From: Octopus sinensis
Lineage: Eukaryota
Reading direction: 5' to 3'
NCBI RefSeq assembly: GCF_006345805.1
Contig: NC_043002.1
Location: 39,184,001 to 39,248,000 of the forward strand
Length of the DNA: 64,000 nt
Shown here: in pieces, positions 1 through 13,479 of the stretch
Position numbering within the stretch: the first letter of the stretch is position 1
How the letters are laid out: each line of letters starts with the position of its first letter
Made by a program: the position numbers and the translations under genes
The notes under the pieces: generated by a model
What the model saw: only the letters and a program-made list of their open reading frames with translations
Database searches by the model: none
What the model was told of the DNA's origin: nothing

Positions 1-102
1 AAAAGTCGACCTTGGCAGAATTTGAACTCAAAACGTAAAGACAGACGAAATACCGCTAAGCATTTCGCCGGGCGTGCTAACATTTCTGCCAGCTCGTCGC
101 CT
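1..102 (-). mobile_element. tRNA-headed SINE, family D, 5' part
   Basis: Reverse complement reads ggcgacgagctggcagaaatgttagcacgcc...gagttcaaattctgccaaggtcgac, with A-box and B-box-like motifs; >20 related copies in the window. Confidence 0.85.
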
Positions 103-108
103 TTAAAT

Positions 109-483
109 ATTCTCTTCTACTCTAGGCACAAGGCCCGAAATTTTGAGGGAGGGGGCCAGCCGTTTAGATCGATCCCAGTACGAAAATAGTACTTGATTTA
201 TTGACCCCGAAGGGATGAAAGACAAAGTCGACCACGTCGGAATTTGAACTCAAAACGTAAAGACAAACGAAATACCTATTTCTTTACTACCCACAAGGGG
301 CTAAACACAGAGAGGACAAACAAGGACAGACAAACGGATTAAGTCGATTATATCGACCACAGTGCGTAACTGGTACTTAATTTATCGATCCCGAAGGGAT
401 GAAAGGAAAAGTCGACCACGGCGGAATTTGAACTCAAAACGTAAAGACAGACGAAATACCTATTTCTTTACTATCCACAAGGG
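109..483 (-). mobile_element. SINE family D tandem dimer (184-bp period)
   Basis: B-box motif gaatttgaactc at 240 and 424; core and tail-2 repeated; tail-1 end at 109. Confidence 0.85.
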
Positions 484-601
484 AACCATTTATCAGTATG
501 TCTAAATCCTAGATTTCTACAAAGCTCCTAGTGGATTGCTCTCCCTAGATTGTCATGTCTTTTCTTGTATTCTTTCTGTGACAGCATGCTACATTCACTT
601 A

Positions 602-849
602 GTGGAGGCCCATGGCCTAGTGGTTAGAGCAGTGGACTCGCGGTCGAGGTAGTGCGGGTTCGAATCTCAGACCGGGCGATGTGTGTGTTTATGAGCGAAA
701 CACCTAAGCTCCACGCTGCTCCGGCAGAAGGTAATGGCGAACTTCTGCTGACTCTTTCGCCGGCGTCCCGTCCAGGTGGGGAACCTATACGCCAAGGAAA
801 CCGGGAAACCGGCCCTATGAGCCAGGCGTGAGTCGAGAAAGAACAAACA
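602..849 (+). mobile_element. Full-length tRNA-derived SINE, family A, with RTE-like 3' tail
   Basis: A box TGGCCTAGTGG and B box GGTTCGAATC; perfect 16-bp target-site duplication ATGCTACATTCACTTA at 586-601 and 850-865. Confidence 0.92.
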
Positions 850-904
850 ATGCTACATTCACTTACTGTATGAGTAACGCTTTCCTGTTTTGATTGGGGT
901 CTTT

Positions 905-1455
905 AAAATAAGTACTATTATTATTGAGTGAGAGAGCAGTGCATGCCAACATAGTGACACTGGGGTAAAATATACAAAGCCCAGTATACCCATCATGACT
1001 ACCCGTCTGATAAGGGTACATCGGGCACATGCACCACAACCATATGTGCGCGACATGATGATCTCATATCAAAATATACAGCGCATAACCTTGCAGATGG
1101 GACCCAGTTAGAATTTTTTTTCAGGTCGTGTAGCCCATCACGCTCAAAAGGTGCCTGAATAAGAGATGTTTAAGGGTTTTGAACGAAATACCCATGTTTC
1201 CCGAGGTGAATTATTCAAACTCCAAAGAATTCCTCTAAACACATGACTATGATGCTCCCCCACTACTTCAGCTCATGATCAGCCACTAAGGTACATGCTC
1301 AACTGGTTACGGTCAAGCAACTGATAAGCAAATCTGTGGTATTGAGCAGAATATTTGCTGTAGCCCATCTTTTATACCAAGACAAAATAATGAACGTGAT
1401 AGCACTTCCAATCAGTTAAGATCAGAAGTCATGAAAGCTACTGTCTGGTACTACC
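905..1455. repeat. Probable unclassified interspersed repeat
   Basis: Single copy in this window; resembles an abundant octopus repeat as I recall it. No ORF or terminal structure seen. Confidence 0.4.
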
Positions 1456-1535
1456 ATTCGGTTCCATACAACTTAAATTTTCTGCAATATGCCTTCGAAA
1501 CTTTAAATCGCATGGAGCCGAATTAAACTGTTTTA

Positions 1536-1620
<85 letters not shown>

Positions 1621-1623
1621 TAA
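1536..1623. repeat. (AAT)n microsatellite
   Basis: Perfect trinucleotide run. Confidence 0.99.
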
Positions 1624-1764
1624 CTCCTACAAAATGTGTTAAGTGACTCTTCCGATTCTCTAATCAACCAACCGTGCCTATCAGTCAGGAGAAAGGGGTT
1701 GTACCCCTGTGTTCGTGGGCCTTCTATGTATAGAACAATCCATGCACTTTCTACGATTTTACAC

Positions 1765-1997
1765 AGTTGTTTGAATTCGTCGTTGATGTTTAGCCCTGGG
1801 CCAAACCTGATCAGACAGATCTAAGATCAAAAGTATTTCAGACATGACCATCCGCTTTATTTTTTTTCTAATTTTCCTCCTAAGTGCAAAGAACCCAAGA
1901 TTACATAATTAATGTGATTCTCCTCCAAGACTATGAAATGTGATTTGTGGGATATTTGGCTGCTATCTCAAGCAAATCGGCGACCACGTAAAGACAC
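1765..1997 (-). mobile_element. SINE-like repeat, family E (ends ...ggctaaacaacaac)
   Basis: Related segments at 30080-30210, 31140-31345, 41880-41970 and 61128-61325. Confidence 0.65.
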
Positions 1998-2422
1998 TTT
2001 TGTTTGGTTTGCAATCTGTTTTTTTCTGGTTAGATATAGAGCAGTGTGATATATATAGTTGTTGTATATGATGCATAGTAATTGAGTGCAGATATATATA
2101 ATGATTGGGTATATATAACAGTATAGTGAATGGGTATAAAGTTGTATGATGTATAAGAAATAAGTCAACTTCGTGCTGTACAGTAAAACTGTGCAGCGTT
2201 AGAGAAATACATTAGACAAATTGAAAATAATTATATACAGGTGTTATCTCTTAACCACCTCCACATGTCATCAATCAGTAATACACAATAGTACATAGCA
2301 CTCAGGCGCGCGCGCGCACATGCACACATAGCTACTTACAGTTTCTGTCGACATATGCATAAAGTGGGAATCTGAGCAGAACTGTGGAGTGGATCACAAG
2401 CTCCTTTTATACATACATACAT

Positions 2423-2461
<39 letters not shown>

Positions 2462-2736
2462 TATATATATATAATATTATATACATAACATGCATGTGTA
2501 CTAAAACATGTATATATGTATACACACACATTACTACATACATGCATATGTACTATATATGTATATAAAGTTGGAAAAAGGCTTAGCGATTTTACAAATC
2601 AAATTTTTTAATATAAAAAAAGATGGCGGTGGAATATATATATATATATATATATATGTATATCGTCAGTAAATCCTGATAAATCCGAAAAAGAGGCAAA
2701 CTCTAAAAGTTATAGAATACTAGATAAAGATAGATA

Positions 2737-2940
2737 TGGCCGATCGATGGCAGTTACCCTGGGTTTCATATCCATAAAGCGATTAGCTTTATAGCGTTCT
2801 TCAGACCTTAAACATGTTGGCCTCTAGAGAGGCCACTTGCTAGAGAGGTTATAGGCCAACAGGTTTTGTGGTCTAAAGAAACTCTGTAAAGCTAGGCACT
2901 TTCTGGGCGTGAAACCCAGAGTAACCCCATAGACCAACCA
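2737..2940. mobile_element. MITE with ~33-bp imperfect TIRs
   Basis: Left tggccgatcgatggcagttaccctgggtttca; right end reverse-complements to tggttggtctatggggttactctgggtttcacg; partial second copy at 54477-54540. Confidence 0.75.
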
Positions 2941-3113
2941 TTTCTATCTTTTTGCGTGTGTGTGAGTGTGTGTGTGTATGTGTGTATATGCGTGTGTGAA
3001 TATATATATATAATGAGGTCTTTCACGCTAACTACTTGATAATTTCTTATGAAGATTTTATCCTATTTTTAAATTTTAAATTATATATATATATATAATT
3101 ACATATATACATA

Positions 3114-3604
3114 CAGATCACAAGTTCAGGCATATACCTGTAATTATTGAGGCACTGGGATATGTAACACATTGCCTAAATACCAATCTTGAGAAATTAG
3201 GCTTCTCAAAACCAGAAAGGAGAAAGCTGATTCCAAGACTACAGATCCAAGCCTTTACTGTAAAAATCTGTAAAGCTTTCCTGAAGTTTATCATTTAATT
3301 ATATATGAGCATGTCTAGATATGCAACTATATGCATGAGAATACATACATAAAGCAAAACATACAAATCTGCGCATATACATACATAGATACATTCATAC
3401 ATGCATACATACATACATACATACATACATACATACATACATACATACATACATACATACATACATACATACATACATACATACAAAAATACCCTGTTGT
3501 TGTAGCTGAAATTCCAGTGAACGAGCCTTGGATCTAGGTTAGAAACTGGCTCTGTCTCTATTGGCAAGAAATTTTGAAATAAAACTGAATAATGACATAC
3601 ATAC
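3114..3604 (+). mobile_element. 3' fragment of R4/Dong-type RLE non-LTR retrotransposon
   Basis: Colinear with 10475-10943; same 3' UTR with internal (CATA)n; CATA repeats at both junctions. Confidence 0.85.
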
Positions 3605-4027
3605 GTGCGTGTATGTGTGTGTGTGTGTGTGTGTGGTGTGTGTGTGTGGTGTGTGTGTGTGTGTGTGTGTTAAATGCGTCCAATCTTCTTTGTATATGAC
3701 GAAGGCCTTTGGCTACAGAAGATAAGGTAGGACACTTGTGCCAATGGCATCTGTTGAGGCAAAAACATGAGTCCATGGCTGTCCTTTTATCTCCAGACAA
3801 TAAACCAGTCCTTTCCTTTAAGGGCAAGTCAACTTTGGAGAATTCTTAGTTCTTGAGATAATCTCCTCTTATCGGTATCCATTGTTGTTTAATAATTGTG
3901 ACTCACTCATAGAAGCGGAGATAATTTTGATAAATTAAGAAGATATGTTGTATGTATTTGCCATAACTATATTTGTCTACATAGTACATCTTGTGTGTAC
4001 AGTCAGATATACATGTGGATGGCGGGG

Positions 4028-4240
4028 GTAGAAGCGTGACTAATGGTTAGGGTGCTACTATTAGAATCGCCAGATCGTGGGTTCGATTCCCAGACCGAAT
4101 GACGCGTTGCATTCTTAAGCAAAGCACTCCATTTCACGCTGCCTGTGCGAGTTGGTGAGTGGCGGAATCGTTGGCACGTTGGCAAAAATGCTTTTACGGA
4201 ATACCTTCGGGCTTTCTATAGTCTAAGTTCAAATACCACC
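4028..4240 (+). mobile_element. Degenerate SINE family C head followed by family D head
   Basis: B box gggttcgattccc and aagcaaagcact core; then ggcggaatcgttggcacg...agttcaaatacc. Confidence 0.65.
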
Positions 4241-4412
4241 TGCCTGGTGAAGACAACGGGGAACCACTCCGGTAATCTTCCCCAGTCCAGTCCAATCCAG
4301 TAACCTACTTAACGACAGCAGAAAAAGATACGGGCCCTCCCAGGTTTACAGAGAGTGCTGGAGAATGTTCACATGCACAGGACATGCCGAAGGTTAGATC
4401 ACCGCTAGACAC

Positions 4413-4414
<2 letters not shown>

Positions 4415-4461
<47 letters not shown>

Positions 4462-4688
4462 ATGTGTGTGTACGTGTATAGGGAAATTAAATAATTTTGA
4501 TAGTAAATTTATCGTTTCTTCTTACTTTGGAGGTAACCTCGCTGTGTGTGTATGTATATATGTGTGTATATGTATATGTGTATGCATGTATGCATGTATG
4601 CATGTATGCATGTATGTATGTATGTATGTATGTATGTATGTATGTATGTATTATGTAGGCTTGTATGTGTTGAGAGAGAGACAGACAG

Positions 4689-4719
<31 letters not shown>

Positions 4720-4794
4720 TTGACTGACAGACAAGAGGACGGGTGGACAAACAGATAAACACAGAGTAGGAGTAAAGGAAAGGAAAAGAAAGGA

Positions 4795-4829
<35 letters not shown>

Positions 4830-4945
4830 GAGAAAGAAGGAAAGAAAGAAAGGAAGAGCGAGAGCGTGAGAGAGGGGAGAGAAAGAAAGAAACAAACAAA
4901 TAAAGATTGAGAGTGAGAGAGAAAAGAATGCGAAAGAGGTTGAAA
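4415..4945. repeat. Compound microsatellite (TG)n/(TATG)n/(CAGA)n/(GAAA)n
   Basis: Direct inspection. Confidence 0.97.
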
Positions 4946-5189
4946 GACGTAAGAGAGAGCAACACAGAGGGCGGAGGGGAAGAATTACTGCGACAGGAGC
5001 AAAAGAGACAGGTGGTTAGCTATTGAGATTTTGGTGTTCGCATATTTCACCCTGAGCAATTCTAGCAGAAAACGAACAAGCCATGGAGGTAGTCGAATTA
5101 GCTTGCAGACACGATTCGCCGGTACTATTGCCACACCGCACACGTAAATTGGTCTTTAAAACAATACACACACAACACACACATATATG

Positions 5190-5227
<38 letters not shown>

Positions 5228-5228
5228 C

Positions 5229-5304
<76 letters not shown>

Positions 5305-5347
5305 ATATATATATATGTATATATATATATGCACCACACAACAACGA

Positions 5348-5568
5348 CGAGGGAGTGCTGAAAGTTCCTGCATTGCGTAAAAGGGAAAACACAGGAGGAT
5401 CGGTTACTTATGATTTTATTCAACATATTCCCTTCTCAGATTCATACACACTTATTGCAGCAGTCCTTCGGGTTTTCTAAGCCCTATGATAAAGTTCATA
5501 AGGTTGGGTCACCAACCAGGCATTTCGCGACACCTTAAAGCCAGGAAATTTCCATCCCCACCCCAGGG
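5348..5568. mobile_element. Mariner-derived MITE, copy 1
   Basis: End cgagggagtgctgaaagttcctg; body is the reverse complement of 54072-54286. Confidence 0.8.
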
Positions 5569-5569
5569 T

Positions 5570-5626
5570 ATATATATATGTGTGTGTGTGTATATATATG
5601 TATATATAATATATATATATATATAT

Positions 5627-5677
<51 letters not shown>

Positions 5678-6112
5678 ATATGTGTATATATATACACACA
5701 CACACAACAGTCTTATGGCTAAGATCAAGGTCTAATATATATTATCATCAGTTTATATATGTCTGCGTGTGTGTGAGTATGTGTGTGTATATATATATAT
5801 ATATATACATACATACATACATACTTACATACATACATACATACATACATATACATCATGCATACATTTATATATACACACATACATACACAAACACACA
5901 CACACACACACATGCACACACATACACATACTCACATATATATAGTCCTAATATGAAAACAACCTCCTACTACATGTAGGCATACATAAAAATAAGGTAC
6001 CAGCGTATGCTCACACAACCACACTCGCACACACTTCAAGAAAGTGGTTAAATAACAATGGAAATGTTCCGGATTGAAGTGCGCGGAGATTGTCAATAAT
6101 GAAGGTATATAT

Positions 6113-6204
<92 letters not shown>

Positions 6205-6247
6205 TATATATATATATATATATATAATATATATATATATATAATAT

Positions 6248-6278
<31 letters not shown>

Positions 6279-6293
6279 TATATATATTATAAT

Positions 6294-6328
<35 letters not shown>

Positions 6329-6694
6329 GTGTGCGTGTACATATACAGTATACAGTTAAATGCATATATAATTACATATAGTACGTACATGTCTGGTGTA
6401 TGTATGCACGCACGAATGTATATATATATGTGCGTGTGTATGTGTGTGTGTGTGCGCGCGTGCATGTGTGAGTGTATATATATATATATATATGCACATA
6501 TGTTCAATATAAATATGCAAATATATTAAATATGTGTATACAGTATATAATATACATATATAGATATAGATATACACTACAAAATATGTACATGTAGGTA
6601 TGTATATATCTGTGTGTGTGTGTATATATATGTGTGGGTATGCATATGTTTCTATATATATACATATGTGAATGTGCACAATTGTTTGTGTATG

Positions 6695-6772
<78 letters not shown>

Positions 6773-7020
6773 TTTCTTTTTCTTTCTTTTTCTTTCTCTT
6801 CTAGTTTCAGCTCACCAACTGTGGCCATGCTGGGGCACCGCCATTTTTATATATGTTTATATACATATGTGAACATGAGCATGTATGTGTATGTATACTT
6901 GTATATATATATGCATATATAGATATATATGTACATACACATACACGAATGTGTAATATACACAAAGACACATTCATACATATACACACACATACATACA
7001 TACATACATACATACATACA

Positions 7021-7054
<34 letters not shown>

Positions 7055-7142
7055 CAAATGTACCTAGATACACTTATGAATATATACATAAACACACTCA
7101 AACACACACACAGACACACACACACACACACACACACAGACT

Positions 7143-7190
<48 letters not shown>

Positions 7191-7215
7191 ACACACACAC
7201 AAACGTATACACATA
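5570..7215. repeat. Large compound microsatellite block (TA, TG, CA, CATA), with a SINE-B 3' end near 6795-6843
   Basis: Direct inspection. Confidence 0.95.
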
Positions 7216-8023
7216 AACATATATCGAAAATGAAAAATATTGTCCTCTTAATCTTTACCTCTGTCCTCTCTGGTAACTGTATTGAAAGCCAGCTCTGTGT
7301 TTTGTTTTGTGTTGTTTGTCTCCTACCTGTATTTGAGACGATTCTGCCACTATAACAGACCTTACGTTGCACCAGAAGCTACTTCTAAGAGAGGAATGAT
7401 TTTAGATAGTAAGCAAGTAACAAAAAGAAGAAGAAAACCCGAATAATAAATAAACGTAAGGGCGTACTTCTTCTAAGAATAACCTTGGTAATTTAATACT
7501 TACACTCCTTACCTTTTGGTATTATTATTATTATTATCATTGTTATTAGTAGTAGTATTTTTCTCTTGCCACTTATTAGTTCTTATGTGTGCTATTTATT
7601 CTTGTATTTCTTACCAGTGCTACCCCTAAATGTTTCTTGGGAGCAGAGCGAGAAGGCAAGTATATGTGCGTGTGAGAGAAGAGGATGACAGACAGTCAGT
7701 GAGAGAGAGGGGGAGAGAGAGGGGGAGTGTGTGTGGTGTGTGTGTGTGTGTGTGTAAGCGAAGCTGGATGTAATTTTGGTAGAGCGAGAAAGAATTCACT
7801 ATTTCGATATTTGAAGAAGTACGATCTTTAGAGATTGTGATTTAGTTGCATGTATATGCGCATGCGTATGCTCATGCTGTAGCTATTGTTTCCGATGTTA
7901 TTTACAAATTTTGACTATTTTATTATATGTCTGTCGTGATAAAACTAGTACTTTCAAAAAGAAAAGTTATATGCATAAATGTAATATATGTATGTATATA
8001 TATATATATATTATATATATATA

Positions 8024-8234
8024 AAGGGTGGCTCAAAAGTAGGTTTACAGTTTCCACGTAAGCACTTTAAATTTCGTTTAAAACATTTTATTGTTTAAAT
8101 TTCCATCTTACAAAATTAACAAAATTAGCATAGAATAATGGTTTCATATTGTTTTTATAATTATGATCTAAACTGTTAATATATGAATGAGAAAGATAGT
8201 TGAATAACTGTAAACCTACTTTTGGACCACCCTG
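8024..8234. mobile_element. Tc1/mariner-type MITE
   Basis: 29-bp TIR (c/a)agggtgg(tc/ct)caaaagtaggtttacagtt; TA on both sides (8022-8023, 8235-8236). Confidence 0.9.
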
Positions 8235-8287
8235 TATATAAATACATATTTTATTTATGCGTGTAACCTTTCTTTTCCTTATTTTCT

Positions 8288-8491
8288 TATACTTGTTTCA
8301 GTCCTTGGACGGCAGCCAAGCTGGAGCACTATCTGCCTTGAAGGGTTTCGTCGTGTAAATCGATCTCAATACTTATTTTTTAAAGTCTGGTTCTTATTCT
8401 ATCTGACCCCTTTGCCAAACTGAGAAGTTACGGGAACACAGGTAAAACAATATCAGTTGTTAAGCTGTGGGAAGGGAGTAAACACCACACA

Positions 8492-8534
<43 letters not shown>

Positions 8535-8682
8535 CTCACGCACACATACACACACACACACACAGGGCTTTCACACTGTTTTCGTCTTTCAAATTCACTC
8601 ACAAAGCAATAGTTGACACAAGTCTATAGAAGATGACTCTTGCCCAAGGTACCACGCATTGGAACTAAATCCGAAACCACAT
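8288..8682 (-). mobile_element. SINE family B with internal microsatellite
   Basis: Matches copies at 12592, 19140, 26022, 52255 and 55799; ccttgggcaag core; 3' end gactgaaacaagta. Confidence 0.8.
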
Positions 8683-8685
8683 AAC

Positions 8686-8716
<31 letters not shown>

Positions 8717-8762
8717 TGTATGTATGTATGATGTACGTATGTATGTGTGTGTGTGAGATATA

Positions 8763-9959
8763 CAGGATATTCGGGCTAAATTTGATGATTTTTATGTTTT
8801 CTTATTGAGGATAAGCTTGATATATGAGTGAAGAGTAAGCAGCGTTGGTGGGGCATAAATATTCAAGTTGTAGTTGAAGTAAAAATAGTCGATATGGGGG
8901 TCTGGAAGTCATCTAAATATTGGAAAAGAGTTACCGGCATTATGACGATTCCTTCCGGCTATCAAAGTTCTGGTGTCATGGCTGCTGTTCAATGCTCTGT
9001 AAACACTGTAAAGGACTGTAAGATGTGACATGGACAGCTGCAACGGAGACTACGAAGCGGGATGGGACACAGCAGGCGTTCTGACTGCGTCCGCACGCTG
9101 CAATTCATCCAACAACTGCAGGACAAGGTGACTGAAGTTCCGAGATTAGTGTTGGAGTCGCTACCATGAAGCTGGCCCTCAATGAGGACCTCCGCTACCA
9201 CTCGTACAAGAGATGCAAGGGGAAAATTTTAGCAGACATGTCCAAGGAGAACCGTTTGATGAAGGCAAAGAAGAGTCTGAACAAGATGAGGCATCCTGTT
9301 GAGCCGGGGATGATTTAGTTCTTCTCAGATGAAAAGAGCTTCTGCCAAAACCAGTTGCACAATATCCAGAACAACAGATGGCTTGCCTACAATCCATGTG
9401 ATATCACACGTATCATTAAAACCAAGTCCCCTAAACTTTGATGGTCTTTCAGTGTGTGTCCCCAGTGAAGGTTACCTCATGTCACCCCCACTTCTTTAAA
9501 CTGGACCTTAAACTTAATGCAGACGGCTGTGAAGCAGCTGCAGACTGTGGTCAAACCCTGGCTGGAAACAGTTGCTGCTGGAAGACTATGTGTGGCAGAT
9601 GATTCGGCTCCTCGCCATACTTCCAAACAGAATCACAAGTGGTTGTCGCAGAATTTCTGCGACATCTCCCACCCCAATTTCGGGCCTCCTTATTCCCCTG
9701 GTTGAAATCCCACGAGAAAGACACCATCTGTTCCGCCTGCAACACCAAGTCCTAGCTAGGGGCCAAGACCAACGAGGTGTCCAAAGATCTTCCCAGGAAC
9801 ACAGAGAGGAACGCATGTTCCAGGTTGCGGAGCAGCCTTGAGGCCTTGGTGTGGAAGCTGATGAAACCAAACTGTTATCGCCCGGTCATAATCTAGTTGA
9901 TATTTTTGGTGTAGTTTTTTACTTTTATGTAAACTGTTAAATTTAGCCCGAACACCCTG
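8763..9959 (+). mobile_element. Decayed Tc1/mariner transposon, probably maT/DD37D-like
   Basis: TIR cagg(a/g)t(a/g)ttcgggctaaattt at both ends with TA/CA flanks; transposase relic with FFSDEKSF...NNRWLA...VVKPWL...DSAPRHTS...PPYSP, broken by frameshifts. The third Asp is deleted, so the subfamily is inferred. Confidence 0.9.
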
Positions 9960-10232
9960 CATGTGTGTATGTGCACACACATGCGTGCATGAATACATAC
10001 ATGCATGCATGCATGTATGCATACATACATACATACATACATACATACATACATACATACATACATACATACATACGTGCATGCATACATACATACATAG
10101 ATACATACATACATGCATGCATGCATACATACATACATGCATACACACATACATAAGTACGTACGTACATACATACATACATACATACATACATACATAC
10201 AGACAGACAGACAGACAGACAGGCAGGCAGGC

Positions 10233-10284
<52 letters not shown>

Positions 10285-10943
10285 TGGTGGAATGTACCAG
10301 TGAAGACCTCAATCAAATGCAAGTACAACATACCTGATATAATGATTTGGGATAGAGAAGAGAAACCGTGCAAAGCTGTGGAAATCAACTGCCCAGCAGA
10401 TGTTAACATAAAGCTGAAGATCAGTGAAAAAGAGAATACCTATGCTGAACTATTGAGAAATCTACAGTTACTCTATCCAGATTACAAGTTCATGTTTATA
10501 GCTGTAATTATTGAGGCCCTGGGATATGTAACACACTGCCTAAATACCAGTCTTGAAAAATTAGGCTTCTCAAAATCAGGAAGGAGAAAGCTAATTCCAA
10601 TCCATCACGGAATTATAAAAATCTGTAAAACTTTCCAGAAGTTTATCATTTAAATATATATGAGCATGTCTAGATATGCAACTATATGCATTAGAATATA
10701 TACATAAAACATGCAAATCTCCACATATATACACACATACCTACATACAAATATGCATACATACATACATACATACATACATACATACATACATACATAC
10801 TTACAACATACATACATACATACATACAAAAGTGCCCTGTTGTTGATGTTGAAATTCCAGTGTAGTCTTGGATCTAGGTTAGAAACCAGTTATTTCTCTA
10901 TTGACAAGAAATCTTGATATAAACTGAATACTGGCATACATAC
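10285..10943 (+). mobile_element. 5'-truncated R4/Dong-type retrotransposon: restriction-like endonuclease C-terminus plus 3' UTR
   Basis: ORF to 10653 reads WWNVPVKT..KYNIPDIMIWD..AVEINCPADVN..EKENTYAELL..IIEALG, the RLE motif of the R4 clade; flanked by (CATA)n/(CAGA)n and catacatac. Confidence 0.88.
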
Positions 10944-11199
10944 GGTGGCGGTGGCGTGCGAAAATTTTTTAGACACCAGTTGTTTTTTTTTTTTTATTTT
11001 GTTTCGTTTTTCTTTTTTTGTGTGTGTGAGTGTGTTTTTTTGTTTTGTTTCTTTTTTCTCAGATGCTTTACCTACTTTGCAGGTACCTATATGAATGTAA
11101 GCGTGTTTGTGAATTTATTGTTGCATTAATTTGATAAGAACACAAAAAGCAATGAAAACCATTGCGAAAAATATATATATATATATATATATATTTACT

Positions 11200-12390
11200 C
11201 GCGTATAAGTTGTCGGCTGGTATCACTGTGCAAAATCCAAAGGAAAAATAACGCAATGTTTCAGTATTGATCTCGAGACAATAAATAATATAATCAAGAA
11301 ACTTATTGAGGAAGGGCATCGCCGAGTAAAGAAGAGATCTGAGAGGCTGCAGAAAGTTTCTGAAAGAGCAAAGAGAGCATTTAAGCGAGAAATTATTGAA
11401 CATCAACTTGCACGTTTTAGGATGGTTGAAAATTGTGTGTGGATATGTCGGTACATTGCGTAAAAACAGTATAAGAAGATCTTCGATATAAATGAAGAAC
11501 TGCAAGAAGAAACCAATGATTTCAAAAGCTAAGACCGAGAGATTCAACTAAGATTCTACAAGGAAGATGAGTTTGATCATCAATAATAGTGTCTAACCAA
11601 AGCAGATTCTGCCAATTTTCCAATTTGCAGCATATATATATATATATATATATATATACAGCAATGCCTCGATATACGAGTTAATTTGTTTCCGGAGAGT
11701 GCTCGTAAAACGAAAACTTGTAAAACAGAGCAATAATTTCCCATAGTAGCAATGTTATAAATCGTAATTTGTTCCCAGAAAAAATATTTTTTATCTATAA
11801 AATTTAATACTCGTTAATAAATGGCAATGAAATAACAGTAAAGAATATTTTATGTAAAGTAAAAAGAATGTCAAAATGATATTATTATAAACGTTTTGTA
11901 AATCACTTTCATTCGCACTAGACTCGCGCACACCATCACTTGTAGACGCGATCGTCTATTCACAAGCACCTGTAGAAGGACTTGTAGATTTCTTTAAAAA
12001 AAAAAAAGTCTAGAGTTGTTTGCTTAGAAGAAGTTTTTTTTCACTCTCTATAAGTTTCTCGGTAACATTTGTTATGGTAGCAGAAACTTTTGCACTTCGT
12101 TCAAAATTTGGATCTTGTGCTAGAAAAACAAAACTCGTAAACCCGGGGTTTCATAAAGCGGATCCTCGTAAAGTGAGGCATTATTGTATTTGTGATGCAG
12201 CAAGACTGAAAATTGGAGCTTGATTGTTTGCAAGGAACAGCTAAACATGATGATGAGTTGGGAGTTATTTTATAGGTGGAGCACAGCTTGGGTGATGCTC
12301 AAGTAATAATTTTGTTGAGAATAATTTAAATGGTCCAAAAAACTGTGAAATGCTTGAAGAGGTTCTGTTATCCTAGGAACTGATAACAAA
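11200..12390 (+). pseudogene. Tc1-like transposase relic interrupted by a MITE
   Basis: VVGWYH..KSKG..INNIIKKLIEEG..KKRSERLQKVSERAKR (HTH), KKPMISK and IVSNQSRFC lie before the MITE; QGTAKH..MMSW..FVENNLNG..MLEEVLL resumes after it. Confidence 0.75.
11659..12186. mobile_element. pogo/Tigger-like MITE
   Basis: Imperfect TIRs cagcaatgcctcgatatacgag and (reverse complement) caataatgcctcactttacgag; TA flanks. Confidence 0.85.
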
Positions 12391-12475
12391 ACCAAAGGTA
12401 TACAAAATACAATGGCACTACTTTATATCTTTAAAATAACATGTTCGGGATTAATATACACGTGTGTGTGTGTGT

Positions 12476-12521
<46 letters not shown>

Positions 12522-12591
12522 GAGTGTGCACGTGTTTGTGTGTATGTGTGCGTGTGTGTGTGTTTGTATGCGCACGAGCGTGAATGTATGT

Positions 12592-13008
12592 ATACTCTTT
12601 TACACTTTTGCTTGTTTCAGTCATTTGACTGCGGCTATGCTGGAGCATCGCATTTAGTCGAGCAAATCGACCCCAGGACTTATTCTTTGGAATCCTAGTA
12701 CTTATTCTGTTGGTTCTCATTTGCCGAACCGCTAATGTTACTGGGTCGTAAACACACCACCATCGGCTGGGAAACAAACACAGACATACACACACACCAC
12801 ACACACACCACACACACACACATATATATTATATATTATATATATATATATGTACAAATATACGACGGGCTTCTTTCAGTTTCCGCCCACCAAAATCACT
12901 CACAAGGCTTTGGTCGACCGAGGCTAGAGTAGAAGACACTTACACGCAGTGAGAATGAACCCGGGACCATGTGGTTGATAAGCATACCACACAGCCACTC
13001 CTGCGCCT
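12592..13008 (-). mobile_element. SINE family B
   Basis: Near full-length match to other B copies. Confidence 0.88.
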
Positions 13009-13014
13009 ATGTTC

Positions 13015-13051
<37 letters not shown>

Positions 13052-13064
13052 TATGTATATATGT

Positions 13065-13125
<61 letters not shown>

Positions 13126-13479
13126 ATATATATATATATATATATATATAAGAGAGAGAGGTGGGACAGATACAGAGTGACTGATAGATTGAGTGCTCTT
13201 TCAGTTAGTTTCGCAGATAAGTTTGGTTTTACATAAAACGCTCACAAACAACTAACACATCCACACATATCCACACACATGTATTTAGTGTCTATCAGTG
13301 TGTGTGTGTGTGTGTGTGTGAATGCGTGCGATCATAAGCATGCAATCGTTTGTTAACAAAGCAATGGTACTCCACGGTTGGTTGGGCTTCAGACATTTCT
13401 GCGAAAGAACGAATGGAGATCCTGTTATTTAATTATTCTCTTGCCAGTTTTGATGTCTTCTTTAGAGATGCCAATGTTG

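Noticed and set aside
602-680. tRNA-like sequences at SINE heads (also 41041, 30051, 51317)
   Set aside because: A and B boxes are present, but there is no proper acceptor stem or cloverleaf, and they continue into SINE bodies.
5016-5165. Unique segment with open frames on both strands
   Set aside because: No recognisable domain or convincing splice sites.
11068-11547. 159-aa minus-strand ORF ending YLQSR, like ORF 36916-37098
   Set aside because: It is antisense to the Tc1 relic; the two YLQSR ends use different codons and share no other similarity.
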